From contig OZ244720.1 in assembly GCA_965219085.1 (NCBI GenBank), positions 3,008,001 through 3,072,000 of the forward strand: a DNA stretch of 64,000 nt, written 5' to 3'. Shown here piece after piece: positions 9,813 through 18,969 of this stretch. Within the stretch, counting starts at the first letter, position 1, and every line of letters begins with the position of its first letter. The notes beneath the pieces were generated by a model. The model had not been told where the DNA came from, made no database searches, and saw only the letters and a list, made by a program, of their open reading frames with translations. A program made the translations under genes and the position numbers. The DNA comes from Dehalococcoidia bacterium (GTDB lineage Bacteria; Chloroflexota; Dehalococcoidia; UBA2979).

Positions 9813-11006
9813 GTGAACAGCGTTCGCGCCAAGCGCAGCATCCGCGACATCGACCTGGCAGGCCGCCGGGTCTTCCTGCGCGTCGACTACAACGTGCAGG
9901 TCGAGGACGGCAAGGTCGTCGACGACATGCGGCTGCGCGAGTCGCTGCCGACCATCGCCCACCTCCGGGAGGCGGGCGCGAGCGTGATCCTGTGCTCGCA
10001 CCGCGGTCGGCCGCGCGGCCAGGTGGTCGAGAACCTGCGCAACGTGCCCGTCGCCACGCACCTTTCGAGGCTCATCGAGACGCCCGTGCGCGCGGTCGGC
10101 GACTGCATCGGGCCCGAGGCGGAGGCGGCCGCGGCTGCGCTCGCCCCGGGCGAGCTGCTGATGCTGGAGAACGTGCGCTTCCACGCCGGCGAGGAGGCGA
10201 ACGACCCGGGGTTCTCGGCGAAGCTCGCACGGCTCGCCGACGTGTACGTGAGCGACGCCTTCGGCACGGCGCACCGCGCGCACGCCTCGATCGTCGGAGT
10301 GCCGCGGCACCTGCCCGCGGTCGCGGGGCTGCTGCTCGAACGCGAGTTGAACGCGCTGGGCGGACTGAAGGAGCCGGAGCGCCCGTTTGCGATCGTGATC
10401 GGCGGGGCGAAGGTCGCCGACAAGATCGCGATTCTCAGCCACCTCGTTGCCAGGGCAGACGTGGTCTGCGTGGGGGGCGCCGTGGCCAACACGTTCCTCG
10501 TCGAGCAGGGCGCCGACGTGGCCGACTCGCTGTGGGAACGGGACGGCCTGGGCGCGGCGCGCGAAGTGCTCGCGCAAGTCAGCGAGCGGCGCGATCTGCG
10601 GTTGTACCTCCCCGTCGACGCGGTCGTCGGGTTCGGCGCGGCGGACGCCGGGCACATCCGCAAGGTGCCGGTGGACAGCGTGCCGCCGGACTGGCGCATT
10701 CTCGACATCGGCCCGGCGACGGTGGAGCTGTTCCGTACGGTGTTACACCCGATGCGCACCGTGGTCTGGAACGGTCCGCTCGGGCTGTTCGAGCGCGAGC
10801 CCTTCGACTACGGCTCGCTGGCGATGGCCGAGACGCTCGCGGACCTCGAGGCACAGGTGGTGATCGGCGGCGGCGAGACGGCGGCGGCGGTGCATCGCGC
10901 GGGCATCGAGGACCGCATCTCGCACATCTCGACGGGTGGCGGGGCCTCACTGGCGATGCTGCAGGGCCACGCCCTCCCCGCCGTCGACGCCCTCGACGAC
11001 GCGTAA
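9813..11006 (+). CDS. pgk: Phosphoglycerate kinase
   Basis: RVDYNV, ENVRF, DAFGTAHRAHAS, GGAKVADK, DIGP, WNGPLG, HISTGGGASL. Confidence 0.95.
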   Translation: MNSVRAKRSIRDIDLAGRRVFLRVDYNVQVEDGKVVDDMRLRESLPTIAHLREAGASVILCSHRGRPRGQVVENLRNVPVATHLSRLIETPVRAVGDCIGPEAEAAAAALAPGELLMLENVRFHAGEEANDPGFSAKLARLADVYVSDAFGTAHRAHASIVGVPRHLPAVAGLLLERELNALGGLKEPERPFAIVIGGAKVADKIAILSHLVARADVVCVGGAVANTFLVEQGADVADSLWERDGLGAAREVLAQVSERRDLRLYLPVDAVVGFGAADAGHIRKVPVDSVPPDWRILDIGPATVELFRTVLHPMRTVVWNGPLGLFEREPFDYGSLAMAETLADLEAQVVIGGGETAAAVHRAGIEDRISHISTGGGASLAMLQGHALPAVDALDDA

Positions 11007-11029
11007 CGCGGCTGCACCTGCTCCGAGTG

Positions 11030-11066
11030 TTGACCTCAACAGTCAGAGCGGTCATATTAGTCAGAG
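11030..11066 (+). promoter_or_regulatory. TA operon promoter with direct-repeat operator
   Basis: TTGACC (11030)-17 nt-CATATT (11053); AGTCAGAG repeated at 11041 and 11059 on either side of the -10. Confidence 0.6.
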
Positions 11067-11143
11067 TGTACTGATTGCACCGTTGGCGGGTGATACCTCG
11101 CCAGCGAAGTGCGTCCCACGGGGCGTAGTGGGGGGAGAGCGCC

Positions 11144-11512
11144 ATGACTGACTCGAGTGTCGAACGCGACTACCCCGCCGAGCGCCACGAGGCAGGCGCG
11201 AGGCATGTCGGCGTCTCCGAGGCGAAGGCAACCTTTTCGGCGCTGATCGAGGGGGTGCAGCACCGCGGCGAACGCTACGTGATCGAACGCCACGGCAAGC
11301 CGGCCGCGGCGCTGGTGAGCATGGACGAACTTGAAGGCCTCGAGGATCGAAAGGCTACTCCGACGCGACAAAACGATGGATTAAGCGGGCTGATAGGTCT
11401 CTTCAGCGGCATCATGACCGATGAAGAGATCGACGAGATGGTCGCCGCGATCTACGCCGATCGCGAACGCGATGTCCCCCGCGAGATCGACACGAGCGAG
11501 TGGGGCGTGTGA
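11144..11512 (+). CDS. Phd/YefM family antitoxin
   Basis: VGVSEAKATFSALIEGV..GERYVIERHGKPAAALVS. Confidence 0.88.
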   Translation: MTDSSVERDYPAERHEAGARHVGVSEAKATFSALIEGVQHRGERYVIERHGKPAAALVSMDELEGLEDRKATPTRQNDGLSGLIGLFSGIMTDEEIDEMVAAIYADRERDVPREIDTSEWGV

Positions 11513-11916
11513 GGTACCTCTTCGACACCGACACGGTCAGCGCGCTCACGAGAGGGTCGCCTCCTGAGGCGTTGCTGATGCGGATGGCGACTACGGCCCG
11601 GGAGGATCGGACTACTTCGAGCGTTACCTTGGCCGAGCTACTTTTCGGAGCGTACAGAACGGGCCCACGTTCTGAGGACTTGCTTGCGCGCATACGGGCC
11701 GCGCTGCCGTCGACTCCCCTGCTGCCGTTCGACGACTCAGCCGCCGAACAATACGCACGCCTCCGCTCGTACCTTGAAGCGCGAGGGATGCCGATTGGCC
11801 AGGCAGACACGCAGATCGCGGCGATCGCCCTCGCGAACGATCTCACCGTCGTCACTGGCAACGTCCGCCACTTCGAGCGCGTCCCCGGCCTCACCGTCGA
11901 GAACTGGCTCGAGTAG
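11509..11916 (+). CDS. vapC: VapC PIN-domain toxin
   Basis: YLFDTDTVS, TLAEL, DTQIAAIA, VTGNVRHFERVPGL; GTGA overlap with the antitoxin. Confidence 0.92.
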   Translation: MRYLFDTDTVSALTRGSPPEALLMRMATTAREDRTTSSVTLAELLFGAYRTGPRSEDLLARIRAALPSTPLLPFDDSAAEQYARLRSYLEARGMPIGQADTQIAAIALANDLTVVTGNVRHFERVPGLTVENWLE

Positions 11917-11994
11917 CCGCTGCCTCGCACGCCACCGAGTGGGACCGACGGTCGGCTCGGGCGCTACGCGGCCCCCTCGCGATAGCATGTAGCC

Positions 11995-13206
11995 ATGGAC
12001 CCCGAACTGATCCGGCGCCTCTCGATCCCGGCGGACAGCAAGGTCGTGCTGTGCGTCCTCGACGGCCTCGGCGGCCTGCCCGGCCCCCGCGGACGCACCG
12101 AGCTCGAGGCTGCCGACTGCCTCTACCTCGATCGCCTGGCCGAGGAGGGGATGATCGGGCAGACGCTGCCCGTCGGGCACGGCATCACACCGGGCTCGGG
12201 GCCAGGCCACCTCGGCCTCTTCGGCTACGACCCGCTGGAGATCGAGGTCGGCCGAGGGGTGCTCGAGGCCACCGGCATCGATTTCCCGCTCGGCCCGCAC
12301 GATCTCGCCGCGCGCGGCAACCTCTGCACCGTCGACGCCCAGGGCAATATCACCGACCGTCGCGCCGGGCGCGTGGCGACCGAGATCACGGCCGAGATCG
12401 CCGAGCGCCTCTCTGGCGTCGAGCTCCCGGGCTACGAGGCGCTCGTGCGCGAGGTGCGCGAGCACCGCTTCGTGCTCGTGCTGCGCCCCCTCGACGGCAA
12501 CGCCCCGCTCAGCGACGCGCTCTCTGAGACCGACCCACAGCGCGAGGGCGCGCCGGCCCTGGCGGCCGAGGCGCTCGCTCCGGAGGCGGCCGACGCGGCG
12601 GGCATCGTGAACCACTTCGCGAGCGAGGCGCGCGCCCGCATCGCCGATCGCGAGACGGCGAACCAGGTGCTGCTGCGTGGGTGGTCGCGGCTGCCGGATC
12701 TGCCGCAACTCCCGGAGCTCTGGAAGCTGCGCGCGGCCGCCGTCGCGATCTACCCGATGTACCGCGGCCTCGCGCGCCTCGTCGGCATGGACGTCCTCGA
12801 CGCCGGCGACTCGCTCGCCACGCAAGTCGCCGCCGTGCGCGAACACTGGGACGACTACGACTTCTTCTTCATCCACTACAAGCCGACCGACGCCGCCGGC
12901 GAGGACGGCGACTTCGCACGCAAGCAGCAGGCCATCGCGACATTCGACGACTGCGTGCCGGAGTTGCTCGCCCTCGGACCGAACGTGTTCGTCGTGGCCG
13001 GTGACCACTCGACGCCTGCGGCGATGGCCTCGCATTCCTGGCACCCCGTGCCTGCGCTGGTCTGGGGAGACTACGTGCGCCAGGACGGCTCGCACCGCTT
13101 TGGCGAGCGCGAGTGCGCGCGAGGCGGGCTCGGCACCATCCCCGCCAAAGAGCTGCTGCCGATCGCGTTCGCGCACGCGGGCCGGCTGACGAAGTTCGGC
13201 GCCTGA
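11995..13206 (+). CDS. apgM: 2,3-bisphosphoglycerate-independent phosphoglycerate mutase (archaeal-type)
   Basis: LDGLGG, PGSGPGHLGLFGYDP, GRGVLEA, DRRAGR, DAAGEDG, GDHSTP, HSWHPVP. Confidence 0.93.
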   Translation: MDPELIRRLSIPADSKVVLCVLDGLGGLPGPRGRTELEAADCLYLDRLAEEGMIGQTLPVGHGITPGSGPGHLGLFGYDPLEIEVGRGVLEATGIDFPLGPHDLAARGNLCTVDAQGNITDRRAGRVATEITAEIAERLSGVELPGYEALVREVREHRFVLVLRPLDGNAPLSDALSETDPQREGAPALAAEALAPEAADAAGIVNHFASEARARIADRETANQVLLRGWSRLPDLPQLPELWKLRAAAVAIYPMYRGLARLVGMDVLDAGDSLATQVAAVREHWDDYDFFFIHYKPTDAAGEDGDFARKQQAIATFDDCVPELLALGPNVFVVAGDHSTPAAMASHSWHPVPALVWGDYVRQDGSHRFGERECARGGLGTIPAKELLPIAFAHAGRLTKFGA

Positions 13207-13985
13207 TGACCCCCGCGCGCACACCCATCGTCGGCGGCAACTGGAAGATGCACCTCGACCGCGCAGGCGCGCGCGACCTGCTGCGCGCGCTGCGTCGGCA
13301 ACTCGACGGCGTCGATGGCGTCGATGTCGTGATCTGCCCGCCCGCGCCGTGGCTGGGCGATGCTGCCGACGCGCTCGCCGGCACGTCGTTGCACGTCGGC
13401 GCGCAAAACGCGTACTGGCTGCCGAGCGGCGCCTACACAGGCGAGGTCGGCGCGGCCATGCTGATAGGGACGGCGCAGTACGTCCTCGTCGGCCACTCCG
13501 AGCGCCGCCACGTCTTCGGCGAGACGAACGAGGACACCGGCCGCAAGCTGGCAGCCGTGCTCGAACTCGGCCTCCAGCCCATCCTCGCCATCGGCGAGCT
13601 GCAGGCCGAACGCGAGACGGGCACGACGCGCGAGGTGCTGCGCACCCAGCTCGACGCCGCGTTCACCGACGTCGCCCAGCTACCCGAAGGCTTCGTCGTG
13701 GCCTACGAGCCGGTGTGGGCGATCGGCACGGGGCTCACGGCGACGCCCGAGATCGCGCAGTCGACCATCGCCGATGTGCGGACGATGATCGCCGACCGCT
13801 TCGGAGCGGCGACGGCCGAGTCGTGCCGTATCCAGTACGGCGGCTCGGTCAACGCCGGCAACGTCGCCGACCTCGCCGCCCAGCCGGACATCGACGGCGC
13901 GCTCGTCGGCGGGGCATCGCTCGACGCAGAGGCGTTCGCGACGATCTGCCGCGCCGTCGCCGCGGCCGCGGAGGACGCGAGCTGA
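13206..13985 (+). CDS. tpiA: Triosephosphate isomerase
   Basis: GNWKMH, GAYTGEV, GHSERR, AYEPVWAIGTG, YGGSV, LVGGASL. Confidence 0.97.
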   Translation: MTPARTPIVGGNWKMHLDRAGARDLLRALRRQLDGVDGVDVVICPPAPWLGDAADALAGTSLHVGAQNAYWLPSGAYTGEVGAAMLIGTAQYVLVGHSERRHVFGETNEDTGRKLAAVLELGLQPILAIGELQAERETGTTREVLRTQLDAAFTDVAQLPEGFVVAYEPVWAIGTGLTATPEIAQSTIADVRTMIADRFGAATAESCRIQYGGSVNAGNVADLAAQPDIDGALVGGASLDAEAFATICRAVAAAAEDAS

Positions 13986-14902
13986 ACGGCCCGGGCGTCG
14001 TCGCGCTGGTTGGCCCCACGGCGTCGGGCAAGACGGCGGCGGCGATGGCCGTCGCCGAACGGCTGCCGATCGAGGTGGTCTCCGCCGACTCGCGCCAGAT
14101 CCGGCGCGGCATGCGCATCGGCACCGCGGCCCCCACCGACGAGGAGCTCGCGGCCGTCCCGCACCACCTCGTCGGTATCGTCGAGCCCGACGCAGCGTGG
14201 ACGCTCGCGGACTTCCTCGAGCGTGCGCACGCGGCGATCGACGCGATCCACGCGCGCGGGCGCCTGCCGCTGCTCGTCGGCGGCGCCGGGCAGTACGTGT
14301 GGGCGCTGCTCGAAGGCTGGCAACCGCCCGCCGTCCCGCCAAACCGGGAGCTGCGAGCGCTCCTCCAACGCGAGGCCCGCGAACACGGCGTCGAGGCGGT
14401 CCACGCGCGCCTCGCCGCGCTCGACCCCGCGTCCGCCGAGCGCATCGGCACGACGAACGAGCGGCGCCTGATCCGCGCACTCGAGATCGTCGAGGCGACG
14501 GGTGAGCCGATCGGGCCGCTGCCGCGCGTAGCGCCGCCGTGGCCGTGGCGCGTCGTCGGCCTCCAGTGGTCGCGATCGGCGCTCAACCGCCGCGCGAACC
14601 GGCGCGCGGAGGCGATGTACGCCGCGGGCCTCGTCGAGGAGACCCGTGAGGTCATCGCCCGCCACGGCGAGGACTTCGAGGCGCTGCGTTCGATTGGCTA
14701 CGCCGAGGCGCTGGGCGTGCTGCACGGCGAGTGGGACGAGGCGGAGGCCATCGCGCGCACGCAGGCGGCGACGCGCCGCCTCATCCGCCGTCAGGCCGCG
14801 TGGTTCCGGCCCGTGGACCCTCGGATCGAGTGGGTGGCGGGTGGGGACGTCGAAGGTGTGGTCGGGGTGGTGGAGGCTGCGGCGCAGGAGTTGGCTGGGT
14901 AA
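13982..14902 (+). CDS. miaA: tRNA dimethylallyltransferase; probable CTG start
   Basis: GPTASGKT, SADSRQ, IGTAAP, PHHL, RRLIRALE, SIGYAE, RRQAAWF; GGAGGA lies 6 nt before CTG 13982. Confidence 0.93.
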   Translation: MNGPGVVALVGPTASGKTAAAMAVAERLPIEVVSADSRQIRRGMRIGTAAPTDEELAAVPHHLVGIVEPDAAWTLADFLERAHAAIDAIHARGRLPLLVGGAGQYVWALLEGWQPPAVPPNRELRALLQREAREHGVEAVHARLAALDPASAERIGTTNERRLIRALEIVEATGEPIGPLPRVAPPWPWRVVGLQWSRSALNRRANRRAEAMYAAGLVEETREVIARHGEDFEALRSIGYAEALGVLHGEWDEAEAIARTQAATRRLIRRQAAWFRPVDPRIEWVAGGDVEGVVGVVEAAAQELAG

Positions 14903-14908
14903 GGCGGA

Positions 14909-15205
14909 TCAGGGAGCCGGGGCAGGCTCATTGATCGGGTGGAAGACTTCATAGCCCTTGACGCGCAGCTTCTGCGGACCGTGAGCGATGAGGGCGTCGC
15001 GGATGCGCTCGGCCTCTGGCAGCCCGTGCAGGCTCACACCCCGGGGCAGCCCGATGAGCTCGACGCCGATGAGGTTGCCTTCACTGTCGTAATCGAGGTT
15101 TCTCCAGTCGCCGAACTCCCGGCAGGTGGCGACCCTCGCGTTGAGGAAGCGCAGATACAGGATGTCGCCCACATCGTTGATCCGGACTTCGATGCGCTCG
15201 CTCAT
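14909..15205 (-). CDS. DUF2283 domain protein (putative antitoxin)
   Basis: DILYLRF...LDYDSEGNLIGVELI. Confidence 0.75.
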   Translation of the reverse strand: MSERIEVRINDVGDILYLRFLNARVATCREFGDWRNLDYDSEGNLIGVELIGLPRGVSLHGLPEAERIRDALIAHGPQKLRVKGYEVFHPINEPAPAP

Positions 15206-15226
15206 GTGTTTCCTTCGGTTTGAAGC

Positions 15227-15487
15227 CTATTCGCCATGCCACGCCACGGTCGCAACACGCATCGGTTCTGATCCGATGCGGACGTAGACCTTGCAGCGGC
15301 GTGTCCCCATTGAGCGCAGGTAGATGTTACACGGGTCTGTCGGCGGACGATCGCGAGCAGGCCGGATCTCGTCGGGCTGCTCAAGCGTCGCCCGCACGTA
15401 CTCCACGGCGACGCCGAACTCGTCCATCCGGTCGAGCGCATGCGGCTCGTACTCGATCGGGCCGCCACGCGTCAGCGCTGGCTCCAC
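15227..15487 (-). CDS. DUF4258 family protein (putative RelE-like toxin)
   Basis: YEPHALDRMDEFGV...VRATLEQPD...KVYV...RVATVAW; lies directly upstream of DUF2283. Confidence 0.7.
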   Translation of the reverse strand: MEPALTRGGPIEYEPHALDRMDEFGVAVEYVRATLEQPDEIRPARDRPPTDPCNIYLRSMGTRRCKVYVRIGSEPMRVATVAWHGE

Positions 15488-15596
15488 AGCTGCTCTCCGG
15501 ACGCGATGCGGCTGCGCGCGTCGACGTCGAGTGAACGGTGGGGCGGGTGCGGGAAGATAACGTACATCCGGGCAAGGGGGGAGCGCGTGGAGGAAA

Positions 15597-15620
15597 TGGC
15601 AGCCTCAGTTGAGGCTGCCA
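15597..15620. repeat. Inverted repeat TGGCAGCCTCA-GT-TGAGGCTGCCA
   Basis: Perfect 11-bp arms upstream of dapF; similar to the element at 54026-54055. Confidence 0.6.
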
Positions 15621-15645
15621 CCAGCCCGCACGTACGATGATTGCC

Positions 15646-16521
15646 ATGAGCGCGTGGGCCTTCTGGAAGATGCACGGCGCCGGCAACGACTTCGTCGTCA
15701 CTGCCGGCGACGACGCCGCGCACCTCGCACGCTCCGGCGAGGCGTGGAGCACGCTCGCGGAGCGCGTCTGCGACCGGCACGTTGGCGTCGGAGCCGACGG
15801 GCTGATCGCCGTCCTGCCCTCCGATGTCGCCGACCGGCGCATGCGCATCTTCAACCCCGACGGCTCCGAGGCCGAGATGTGCGGCAACGGCATCCGCTGC
15901 CTCGTCAAGTTCGTGCTCGACCAGGACGATGACCTGCGCGCGCGCGGCTCGCTCCGCGTCGAGACGCTCGCGGGCGTGCTCGACGCCGTGGCGTCGCCCG
16001 GCGCGGACGGCACGGTCGCGCGCGTGCGCGTGAGCATGGGCGAGCCGCACTTCGCGCCCGAGGACCTCGGCGCGCTCGTCGAGCAGGCGCCGCCGGTGCT
16101 CGGCCTGCCGCTGGAGGCGGCCGGTACGGAGCAGACCGTCACGCTCGTCTCGATGGGCAACCCGCACGCCGTCGCGTTCATCGACGCGCCGGTCGAAGCG
16201 TTCGAGCTCGAACGCATCGGACCGGCAATCGAGCACCACCGGGTGTTCTCAAACCGCACGAACTTCGAGGTCGTGCGCGTGCGCGATCGCGGCTCCATCG
16301 ACATGCGCGTCTGGGAGCGTGGCGTGGGCGAGACCCTCGCCTGTGGCTCGGGCGCGTGCGCTGCCGCGGTCGCGTCGAGGCTGCACGGCTTCGTCGGTGA
16401 CCGCGTCGACGTCCACGTGCCGGGCGGCACGCTCGGCATCGGGTGGGACGGCGCCGGTGAGGTCTCGCTCGAGGGGCCCGCGACGCTCGTCTTCGCCTCG
16501 ACGTGGGAGGATCCCGCGTGA
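15646..16521 (+). CDS. dapF: Diaminopimelate epimerase
   Basis: KMHGAGNDF, GVGADG, NPDGSEAEMCGNG, MGNPH, ERGVGETLACGSG. Confidence 0.97.
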   Translation: MSAWAFWKMHGAGNDFVVTAGDDAAHLARSGEAWSTLAERVCDRHVGVGADGLIAVLPSDVADRRMRIFNPDGSEAEMCGNGIRCLVKFVLDQDDDLRARGSLRVETLAGVLDAVASPGADGTVARVRVSMGEPHFAPEDLGALVEQAPPVLGLPLEAAGTEQTVTLVSMGNPHAVAFIDAPVEAFELERIGPAIEHHRVFSNRTNFEVVRVRDRGSIDMRVWERGVGETLACGSGACAAAVASRLHGFVGDRVDVHVPGGTLGIGWDGAGEVSLEGPATLVFASTWEDPA

Positions 16522-16585
16522 CCTCGACGCGCTCCGGGCAGCAGCGAACGCTGCCCACACCTGCACATCAGCCGGAGGTACTCGC

Positions 16586-17473
16586 ATGACGCGACCCAGG
16601 ACGCCCGAACGGCTCGACGACGCGCTGCAGACGCGCAACATGCCGCGCACCATCGACGAGTGGGAGGGATTGCTGGACGGTGACGGCACCCACGCCGTGG
16701 AGACCGACGTGGGCGAGATGGCCTTCGTCGAGGACGGCGGCCAGCTCCACCTGCACTACGCCTTCGACACCCTCGAGGCGATGAAGCTGGTGTGGCACTC
16801 GATGTTCGACGTCCTGCGTCCACGCATCGTCGAGTTGGGGTACCCGTACCTCGTCATCGACCTCGTCGAGCACCCGAACCGGCGCTGGATCGAGGGCCTG
16901 CTCGACGAGAACGACTTCGAGCAGCTTGGCGACTGGCTGGAGTTCACGCACAACGACATCCGCGACCTCGCCCCGCCCGAGATCCCCGAGGGCCTGACGA
17001 TGCGCCGCGGCAACGAGGACGACCACGAGGCTGTGGCCGCCCTCGAAGGCAGGGCCTACGGCGACTTCACCGATGGCGCGACCGCAACGCGCAGGCGCCT
17101 GGGCGAGGCTGCGTGGCTCGGCGTGCTGGAGCGCGACGGCGACGTCATCGCCTACGCGCTCAACAGCGCGGTCGAGGGTGGCGCCGGGACGGTGCTCTCG
17201 TGCGCCGTGCAGCCGCGCGAGCAGAACCGCGGCATCGGCAAGGTGATCCTCGGCGCGGCGACGTACCAGCTCGCCAGCGCGGGGGCGCGCACCGCCGCGC
17301 TGCGCGTGTGGCCCGAGATTCCGAGGGGCGCGCGCATCGCACAGGCAATCGGCTACCGCGTTGGACGGCGCGGCATCGAGATGCGGCGCGACAGCGACGA
17401 GGAGGTGCTGACGCAGCACCGCGAGGAGCAGCGCATCCGCAACATGCGCGTGCGCTTCGGCGGCTGGCGATAA
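16586..17473 (+). CDS. GNAT family N-acetyltransferase with N-terminal extension
   Basis: AVQPREQNRGIGK acetyl-CoA motif; GGAGG RBS upstream. Confidence 0.8.
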   Translation: MTRPRTPERLDDALQTRNMPRTIDEWEGLLDGDGTHAVETDVGEMAFVEDGGQLHLHYAFDTLEAMKLVWHSMFDVLRPRIVELGYPYLVIDLVEHPNRRWIEGLLDENDFEQLGDWLEFTHNDIRDLAPPEIPEGLTMRRGNEDDHEAVAALEGRAYGDFTDGATATRRRLGEAAWLGVLERDGDVIAYALNSAVEGGAGTVLSCAVQPREQNRGIGKVILGAATYQLASAGARTAALRVWPEIPRGARIAQAIGYRVGRRGIEMRRDSDEEVLTQHREEQRIRNMRVRFGGWR

Positions 17474-17495
17474 CGCAGCGGCTCGGGAGGTCGGC

Positions 17496-18665
17496 ATGAG
17501 GCTAGCGACGCGCGTCCAGCAGCTCCCCCCGTACCTCTTCGCCCGTATCTCCGAACTCATCGCCGAGAAGCGCGCCGAGGGCGTCGACATCATCTCGCTT
17601 GGCATCGGCGACCCGGACCTGCCGACCCCGCCGCACATCATCGAGGCCCTGCAGCGCGCCGCCGAGGACCCGGTCAACCACCGCTACCCGGAGACCGAGG
17701 GCCTTCCGGAGTTCCGCGAGGCCGTCGCGCGCTGGTACGAGCGCCGCCACGGCGTCGCGCTCGACCCGGAGACCGAGGTGGTCTCGCTGATCGGCTCGAA
17801 GGAAGGCATCGGGCACCTGCCACTGTGCCTCATCGACCCCGGCGATCTCGCGATCAGCACCTCGCCCGGCTACCCGGTGTACGAGGTGGCGACGATGTTC
17901 GCGGGCGGCGACACGCTCGCGCTCCCGCTGCGCGAGGAGGACGGCTGGCTGCCGCGCCTCCACGAGGTGTCCGGCGCCGACGCCGCACGCGCGCAACTGC
18001 TGTGGCTCAACTACCCGAACAACCCGACCGGCGCGATCGCCGACCTTGCGTTCTTCGAGCGCGCGGTCGCGTGGGCGAAGCAGCACGACGTGGCGATCGC
18101 GCACGACCTCGCGTACTCCGACGTGTGCTTCGATGGGTACGAGGCGCCCTCGATCCTCGAGGTCGACGGCGCGCGCGACGTGGCGATCGAGTTCAACTCA
18201 CTGTCGAAGACCTTCAACATGACCGGCTGGCGGATCGCGATGGCGGTCGGCAACGCCGAGCTCGTCGGTGCGCTGCGCCGGGTGAAGTCGAACCTCGACA
18301 GCGGCGTGGCCCAGGCGGTGCAGCAGATGGCGATCGCCGCCCTTGATGGCCCGCGCGACGCCATCGACGGACATAACGCTATCTACCAGGCCCGCCGCGA
18401 CCGCGCGGTCGCGGTGCTCCGCGAGCTCGGCCTGCACGTCGACCCGCCGAGCGCGTCGCTGTACGTGTGGGCGCGGCTGCCCGAGGGCGAGCGCTCCTCG
18501 GCGGACTTCGCGGGGCGGCTGGTCGAGGAGACCGGGGTGGTGGTCACGCCGGGCGTGAGCTACGGCGACGTCGGCGAGGGCTACATTCGCATCTCGCTCA
18601 CGCTCGCCGACGACCGCCTCGAGGAGGCGCTGGACCGCCTTTCGCGCTTCGCCCGCGGAGCGTAG
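17496..18665 (+). CDS. dapL: LL-diaminopimelate aminotransferase (class I/II PLP aminotransferase)
   Basis: LPPYLF, LGIGDPD, GSKEGI, NYPNNPTG, SLSKTFNMTGWR; in the same operon as dapF. Confidence 0.85.
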   Translation: MRLATRVQQLPPYLFARISELIAEKRAEGVDIISLGIGDPDLPTPPHIIEALQRAAEDPVNHRYPETEGLPEFREAVARWYERRHGVALDPETEVVSLIGSKEGIGHLPLCLIDPGDLAISTSPGYPVYEVATMFAGGDTLALPLREEDGWLPRLHEVSGADAARAQLLWLNYPNNPTGAIADLAFFERAVAWAKQHDVAIAHDLAYSDVCFDGYEAPSILEVDGARDVAIEFNSLSKTFNMTGWRIAMAVGNAELVGALRRVKSNLDSGVAQAVQQMAIAALDGPRDAIDGHNAIYQARRDRAVAVLRELGLHVDPPSASLYVWARLPEGERSSADFAGRLVEETGVVVTPGVSYGDVGEGYIRISLTLADDRLEEALDRLSRFARGA

Positions 18666-18681
18666 GCGAGGGGCGCACACG

Positions 18682-18918
18682 ATGGCGACGCGGCCACCGG
18701 AGCCGATGCCGGAGGACGTGCGCCTCGCGATCGACGAGCGGGGCATGCGCGCGGACTACGACGCGCGTCCGTGGTACCAGCGCAACGACTACCTTGCCTG
18801 GATCGCCCGGGCGAAGCGCCCCGACACCCGCGCTCGCCGCCTCGCGCAGATGCTCGACGAGCTGGAGCAGGGCGGCGTCTACATGCGGATGACGCACGCG
18901 CCGAGCCGCAAGGCGTAG
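18682..18918 (+). CDS. YdeI/OmpD-associated family protein
   Basis: RPWYQRNDYLAWIARAKRPDTRARRLAQMLDEL..GGVYM. Confidence 0.85.
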   Translation: MATRPPEPMPEDVRLAIDERGMRADYDARPWYQRNDYLAWIARAKRPDTRARRLAQMLDELEQGGVYMRMTHAPSRKA

Positions 18919-18969
18919 CTGCGAGGGCGCTGCCTGCGGGGTCCCGGGCGCGCGTGCCGGAGCGGCGCG

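Noticed and set aside
18659-18930. Loose direct repeat GCGTAG..GCGAGGG(G)CGC flanking the YdeI gene
   Set aside because: Too short and gapped to call a target-site duplication
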